Below, one piece after another: positions 59,380-64,000 of a stretch of 64,000 bases of DNA. This DNA comes from Patescibacteria group bacterium (GTDB lineage: Bacteria; Patescibacteriota; JACPGU01): contig JBAYUK010000002.1 of the NCBI GenBank assembly GCA_041675145.1, forward strand, positions 280,530 to 344,529, given 5' to 3'. Below the pieces are notes generated by a model that worked only from the letters and a program-made list of their open reading frames with translations, searched no databases and had not been told where the DNA came from. The translations under genes were made by a program, and so were the position numbers. Numbering within the stretch: the first letter of the stretch is position 1; the number at the start of each line of letters is the position of its first letter.

Positions 59380-60306
59380 ATGGGGTACAAAGAGCCAGCA
59401 GGAAGAAAAATAGCTAGGATCTCTAAAAATGCTACGCAAAGTATTGTACTTGCAGGGGCAGATATTGCCATGAGCTTTTTTACTTCACCAGATCCGTCGA
59501 CTGCTGTCAATATCTCTTTTGCAAAGGCAGTGCAGGGCGCAATTGGTGTCTATCAGGAAATCAAGCAAGGGGAGGCGTACGAATTCGTTGACTTCATAAA
59601 GAACCACAAGAAGGTATTTGTTCAGAATATCGTTGCTACTAAGGCTTTTCAAGACGGTGTTGTTGTCACGATAGAGGCGTATATTAGACAGAGAGTAGTA
59701 GAGAAACGCTTCATTATCCAGCAGGTGTTTTTAGGCTTCACTGATAGCCAAGACAAAGGAGTATTTGAGCTTGAGCGTTTTTATAGTGCAGTAAATAATA
59801 TCTCTCTTGGCAGCGTAGAATACCTTGTGCATGCCGTAAGAGACATATTGCCAGTATTGGAAAGTGACTTACGAGAACAGGCGGGAAGGTCACATGAAGG
59901 AAACGGTCATACCATAGAACATGAGATGGATCTGTGGCGAGACAATGCAATATTCTCTCTCTCGAGATACTCTGATAAATGGATAGAAGATAATTTTGGT
60001 TCCCAAAGCTCAGTTGTGAGGAAAAGGCACAACTACGACGGTGCTGATAATGAGATCCTGCGTAAAATCTTAGATGAAAGAAGCCCATATGTAGTAAGAG
60101 CCCAGGAAGCTTTGGCCGAACTTGTTAGTTTGGGTATATGTAGGATTGTCAATGAAGGAGGAGCAGGAGGCTTTGGCGCAGGCGTACCCTCTATTTCAGT
60201 TGCTCTAACTGATTTTGGTCGAAGATTCATCCATTACACTTCAAGCGCTCAAGAATTATTATCTACTTATAAGATAAATATAAAAAATGAGGCAGTAGCC
60301 CCGTAA
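59380..60306 (+). CDS. Hypothetical 308-aa protein (island cargo), no recognisable domain.
   Basis: ORF immediately downstream of the integrase. C-terminal Gly-rich GGAGGFGAG segment. Confidence 0.4.
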   Translation: MGYKEPAGRKIARISKNATQSIVLAGADIAMSFFTSPDPSTAVNISFAKAVQGAIGVYQEIKQGEAYEFVDFIKNHKKVFVQNIVATKAFQDGVVVTIEAYIRQRVVEKRFIIQQVFLGFTDSQDKGVFELERFYSAVNNISLGSVEYLVHAVRDILPVLESDLREQAGRSHEGNGHTIEHEMDLWRDNAIFSLSRYSDKWIEDNFGSQSSVVRKRHNYDGADNEILRKILDERSPYVVRAQEALAELVSLGICRIVNEGGAGGFGAGVPSISVALTDFGRRFIHYTSSAQELLSTYKINIKNEAVAP

Positions 60307-60310
60307 TGCC

Positions 60311-60529
60311 CTAGTCCTTTTTACCTGTTACCAGGTCGTTGAGGGACTTAGTACCTTGTTGGGCAAGGTACGTATCTAGGTGCATGTCTGACCTGACCTT
60401 GAGGTCGATTCCGTACTGCTTCTCAATAGTCCCGACATGAGTGTCACCGCGTTTTGCGCGGAGTGGACCAGTTGAGTTGCGAGAACGAATTCCTCGCATG
60501 CCAGGTGCATCTTTTACAGGCTGTGCCAT
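60311..60529 (-). CDS. Hypothetical 72-aa protein.
   Basis: ORF only. The perfect palindrome GCTGCGTACGCAGC lies in its upstream region (~60589-60602). Confidence 0.3.
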   Translation of the reverse strand: MAQPVKDAPGMRGIRSRNSTGPLRAKRGDTHVGTIEKQYGIDLKVRSDMHLDTYLAQQGTKSLNDLVTGKKD

Positions 60530-60729
60530 GATGGCCTCCTAATACCATTAAACTTGATATTGAGAAGTATCGACCAGTCTTCTCGCTGCGTACGCAGCCG
60601 CGCCGTTTCAGCTGACAGCGGGAAGCAGTGATCGAATGCTTGTAAGAGATGCAGTAGGGGCTACGCCTCATTTTTAATTGGAACCGCATATATTATAGCG
60701 ATTTTTCGCAGGCAATGGAATGTACTTTT

Positions 60730-61104
60730 TTAGAAAATATCCGTGAGTAGCATCGCTCCTACGAGGATGCCGCACAGATCACCTATGAGCGACCCTATCT
60801 CCAAATCAACATTTGTACCTCGCTGGATTCTCTTAACGTCATTGAACGCAAAGCCGATAGCAAGAATGAGGAAGAGAGGTAAGCCAGGCTCTATGTTCAT
60901 CCACGAGAATATCACGGTAGCAAACCAAAACGAAACAAAGCTAGAGAGCAGGCTGCAGAATGTGAATAGCGATACCATTTCAATCCTGCTGTCCGCTTCG
61001 AGATCAAGCGCATTGGCAATTACAGGCAATAGAAGGTAGGAAATTGCCCCTACTGTTGGAGTTATGAATAGGGCAAGAACATGTGCAATGGTTTCGATGA
61101 TCAT
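60730..61104 (-). CDS. Hypothetical small polytopic membrane protein (124 aa).
   Basis: Three or four predicted TM helices. Confidence 0.4.
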   Translation of the reverse strand: MIIETIAHVLALFITPTVGAISYLLLPVIANALDLEADSRIEMVSLFTFCSLLSSFVSFWFATVIFSWMNIEPGLPLFLILAIGFAFNDVKRIQRGTNVDLEIGSLIGDLCGILVGAMLLTDIF

Positions 61105-61199
61105 GTTATTAGGTTTTATTGCCAGTGCTTGAGGAATATATTTTTTTTGAACGATAAGGCTGTTATATCTTCAGCAGCTAAGTAAAAAATCATATCTCC

Positions 61200-62438
61200 C
61201 TATAGTTGGCTCACTAAGTAGTGTAAATCTAGAATGAAGCCAATTTTACCTCTTCCCGCACTTGGTATACCAAGGATACAGCCCGTGTTGCTGACTGCGA
61301 GACCTCCTGATACTCCGTGATCCATGACTGCATCTGTTTTGAAGTACCTGTTCTTGCCAATAAACTCAAAGCCCGACATTATACCTCGTGTTACCGTGAT
61401 GAGCTCTCCGCCGACAGTTGGATATCCTAATATATTAATTGATTCGCCCAGCTGAATAGAGCATTGAGGCATAGCCTTTGAGCTGATAGAGGCTTCTTCA
61501 AGATCACCAATTGTACCGTTGTATAGTGGCTGATTAGCATTTTCGAAGGGGATGGGGGTCAGCATGGCCAGGTCAGTCTCTGAGTCAATATACTTATAGC
61601 TAAGTGTTCTGAAAAACTTAACCGAGAGGAGGTTTGACGGATCCTTGAAGAGCTCAACAAGGCACCACGATGCGGATCCATCTTCGGTTTCTACGACATG
61701 GAGGTTGGAGAGTATTATAAAGGAGTCACCGCTCTTTACGAGTGTGCCCGATCCTCCCATTTTGCCTCCGCGCTTATTCACTGAGCAGGTAAGCTTTACT
61801 ACGGCACGAGAAGCTTTAGTAACTGTTAGGGGATTAATATTTTGAGTGGGTTGTTGAATCGGCTGGGCGGGGGTAGGCGGGGTTACCGTGGGTTGCGGTG
61901 TGGTGGCGACTGGGGATTGCATGGGTGCGGTAGCGATGATTTTCCAGAATATGCCCATATCCTTCATCCACATAAGTCCATCAACTACAGGCGTAAAGAA
62001 GGCCTTATATTCTCCTTGAGATGCAGGTACTTTGATATAAAACTGAAACCGTGTGTGATATCCAGGAGGGACAACTGCATCGAGCATAGCAGCAGGGCGA
62101 TTTGCCGATGGCCAACTATCGTTTGAGAATTCGGACGAGTAGTCTCTTTGTTGGCTATAGGTGCCGTATTGAGACCCTGATCCGAGCCGCACGGTATTTG
62201 TGCCCGTGTTGTACCATGTGGCAGTACCAGTATTTTTCACCTCGATCCAGACGTTCGTCAGTGAGCCGACAGGTAGCGAAGCAGGGTATGGTGATTGGGT
62301 AATGAGCTGATAATCATAGGCGGGCACCGTAGGTTTCGCAGGAGCTTTTTTCTTGACAACCGCGCTGGCTGAGTTAGGGGCTACTAGGGTAGTAGCGATT
62401 AAGCCAATAACAAGTAAAAGTTTTAGTGAGTTATTCAT
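61200..62438 (-). CDS. Secreted trypsin-like serine protease with an N-terminal four-Trp (FW-like) domain and a Pro/Thr-rich linker.
   Basis: Signal peptide. The FW-like domain (NVWIEVKNTGTATWYNTG...FFTPVVDGLMWMKDMGIFWKI) is homologous to the two C-terminal domains of the giant protein. Catalytic triad context: H (ILSNLHVVE), D (SETDLAML) and S (DHGVSGGLA). Confidence 0.65.
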   Translation of the reverse strand: MNNSLKLLLVIGLIATTLVAPNSASAVVKKKAPAKPTVPAYDYQLITQSPYPASLPVGSLTNVWIEVKNTGTATWYNTGTNTVRLGSGSQYGTYSQQRDYSSEFSNDSWPSANRPAAMLDAVVPPGYHTRFQFYIKVPASQGEYKAFFTPVVDGLMWMKDMGIFWKIIATAPMQSPVATTPQPTVTPPTPAQPIQQPTQNINPLTVTKASRAVVKLTCSVNKRGGKMGGSGTLVKSGDSFIILSNLHVVETEDGSASWCLVELFKDPSNLLSVKFFRTLSYKYIDSETDLAMLTPIPFENANQPLYNGTIGDLEEASISSKAMPQCSIQLGESINILGYPTVGGELITVTRGIMSGFEFIGKNRYFKTDAVMDHGVSGGLAVSNTGCILGIPSAGRGKIGFILDLHYLVSQL

Positions 62439-62764
62439 TAGTCTCCTTTCTGATTAGTATTTTTTGAGTTTTTTTGACCGATCTTGTATCCGACGAACAG
62501 TAAAAGTAAGATTAATAGTATTGCGATTGAAATAAAAAAGGTAAAAGGTGCTTGTGATTGCGATGTATCGGGGATAGCAAGACCTGTAGATGTCGGCGAA
62601 GGGGCTTGCAGTACTTGTTGGGGGTCAGCCTCGGCTGTAAGGTGCTTTAGCTCGCTTTGTGATGGAGAGTAAAGATATTTGGAGCTCTCTATGAAGCGCG
62701 CCGTCGCCTCCTCGTCAGCACCAGTAGGTTTGCTCACATGGTCTTGATCGATTATTACTGCCAT
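62438..62764 (-). CDS. Hypothetical 108-aa protein with a C-terminal TM helix.
   Basis: ATG overlaps the downstream gene's stop by 1 nt. The body is proline-rich and acidic, with a hydrophobic C-terminus. Confidence 0.4.
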   Translation of the reverse strand: MAVIIDQDHVSKPTGADEEATARFIESSKYLYSPSQSELKHLTAEADPQQVLQAPSPTSTGLAIPDTSQSQAPFTFFISIAILLILLLLFVGYKIGQKNSKNTNQKGD

Positions 62765-62839
62765 ATTTGTCCTCCCAGGCCTAGGCTAATATTAGGGCTG
62801 AATTAGTATTAATGTGTTTTGAAATACAAAAAACCAACC

Positions 62840-63055
62840 AAAGTAATACTCGGGTTGGCTATATATCAAATTCAATAAAATAAATATGGATCATTTGCGT
62901 GGTTGGATTTGCTCGTGAAAACACAAAGCTCTTCACGAGTGCGGCTCTTGCGAACCCGTTAACCTTTCGGCTAACGACCAACCACGGAACACTCAGTGAA
63001 GAGTTCTCTATCGTGGTTGGTTTTTTGCCATGAATAGCCATTTAGTGGCTAATTT
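62840..63055. promoter_or_regulatory. Highly structured non-coding region with a five-fold repeated GGTTGG/CCAACC ((C)GTGGTTGG) motif and several hairpins. Candidate integrase arm-type sites and/or a small RNA ending in a T6 terminator.
   Basis: CGTGGTTGG at 62898-62906. Its complement CCAACCACG at 62978-62986. CGTGGTTGG plus TTTTTT at 63012-63026. CCAACC...GGTTGG hairpin at 62842-62868. 8-bp hairpin CTCGTGAA/TTCACGAG at 62912-62939. The whole gap 62765-63361 is about 600 nt non-coding. Confidence 0.4.
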
Positions 63056-63361
63056 TAGGCGATAATCAATTGTGCGCATATTATATACTATTGCTATTTT
63101 TTTCACAAATAATCTCTGGTGCGGGAGAATCGTTTGACTATATGTGGTCAGGGTGATATTTTTTGGGGTGTAAGGAGTCCCTACCTCCTTTTAGTCAACA
63201 TGACACCTTCAACCCCGCCCCCTTCGGAGGTGGTGCGGTACGGGGCTGATGAATTATATAACTAGCAAAACAAAATAGATCAGATATTAGCAATTAATAT
63301 CGGTCAGCTTTTGTTTTGCTTTTTTATTTGCAACTACATGGCAGATCGTAGGGTTATTAAC

Positions 63362-64000
63362 AATGAAAAAAGATATAAAGGTATTATTCTCGGAGTTCAT
63401 CAAAGAGTGCCGTCACGCATCGCGGCTCTCTTCGGAAACAATCAGAGGATACGAGCACGCATTTAAATTGATTCTGAGCCTCTATCCAGACCTCGACTGT
63501 GATTCGGTCACTCCACAGGTCATGACGCGCTTCTTTGAGCATTTAAATACGCGTCAGAGGCTTGTCGGTAGGGGAGATATCCGTACGGGAGTCAGAAAAA
63601 GTACGGTGGCAACATATCGTAGTAAGCTGTATAAGTTTTTTGAGTGGCTCAAAAGGTATGGGCATATCAAGGAGAACCCCTTTCGCCTGATGGAGTATCC
63701 TGATGTGCAGTATGAGGACAGAAAGTACCTGAGTAAGGATGATGTTGAAAAAATCTTTACTACCGTAGCGTTTCATATGGATTGGAAAAATACGTTAGTC
63801 AAGAAGCGCAACATACTCATTTTCCAGCTGCTCCTTAGCTGTGGCTTGCGGAAAGGGGAGTTGTTAGCGCTGAAGCTGCTAGATATCGATTTTGAGCGAA
63901 AGATACTCACCGTACAGGCTGAAACGTCCAAATCGAAGCGTAAGAGGCTGATACCGCTAAACCAGAAGGTGCTCCTAGATCTAAAGGACTATGTAGAGGA
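63362..64000 (+). CDS. Second tyrosine recombinase/integrase, 3'-truncated by the window end.
   Basis: ATG at 63362, open to the end of the window. Phage-integrase N-terminal SAM-like domain (MTRFFEHLNTRQRL...TYRSKLYKFFEWLKRYGHIKENP) and the start of the catalytic domain (LSCGLRKGELLALKL). Confidence 0.65.

Larger units (their letters stand above)
58341..63260 (+). mobile_element. Putative tRNA-Thr-associated integrative island (integrase plus cargo), boundaries tentative.
   Basis: Integrase lies next to the tRNA 3' end. Imperfect direct repeat GGCT(TT)GATGAATTA at 58410-58425 and 63244-63256. A second integrase begins at 63362. A tRNA fragment lies upstream. Confidence 0.3.

Noticed and set aside
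62859-63041. 60-aa minus-strand ORF.
   Set aside because: It lies within the hairpin-rich CGTGGTTGG repeat region. There is no RBS and the predicted peptide is unremarkable. The region is better explained as regulatory or ncRNA.

Overview
This 64 kb window looks like a compact, gene-dense bacterial chromosome segment. I infer, without database evidence, that it comes from a small-genome, Patescibacteria/CPR-like organism. Supporting signs are recurrent extended -10 TGGTATAAT promoters, 1-4 nt gene overlaps, a reduced dcw cluster, and an archaeal-type PGI/PMI. Core content is as follows. The 3' part of a giant repetitive surface protein comes first. Then a dcw operon with mraZ-rsmH-ftsL-ftsI-murF-mraY-ftsW-murG-murC-ftsQ, then recJ, glycolysis genes gpmI and pgi/pmi, an HlyD-type adaptor, and tRNA-Leu(CAA). 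Next come sortase, a GT4 glycosyltransferase, a DedA protein, an NHL-repeat secreted protein and a PilX-like minor pilin. Further downstream are PBP1A, tyrS, argS, NYN-domain and LigD-like Prim-Pol proteins, FKBP, cupin, a multi-dockerin-repeat protein, rpmB, holB and tRNA-Thr plus a tyrosine integrase. The most interesting locus is a complete Type I restriction-modification operon at 30824-39367 (hsdM, hsdS, hsdR). It carries three embedded accessory genes on one strand with overlapping stops and starts. A DUF4145-like protein and a small membrane-anchored protein sit between hsdM and hsdS. A 500-aa stand-alone reverse transcriptase sits between hsdS and hsdR. It has the RT finger, palm, YRDD and thumb-like motifs, and no identifiable ncRNA partner. 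This is the position PrrC/RloC-type abortive-infection genes occupy in known R-M loci, so the RT is a strong candidate for an R-M-linked anti-phage reverse-transcriptase module (UG/Abi-like). Immediately downstream is a small island of individually promoted genes. It holds a zeta-toxin-like kinase cassette flanked by about 50 bp direct repeats that duplicate the 5' end of a Cas4-like PD-(D/E)xK nuclease gene, plus a lytic transglycosylase. Several other items are reported below. These include a putative MraZ operator with four AGTGG repeats at exact 10-bp phase and two candidate structured ncRNA regions. A tRNA-Thr/integrase island with a degenerate tRNA 5' fragment and cargo genes is also described, along with a four-Trp (FW-like) domain shared by two secreted proteins. 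All functional calls rest on motif recognition by eye. No BLAST, HMM or Rfam search was possible.
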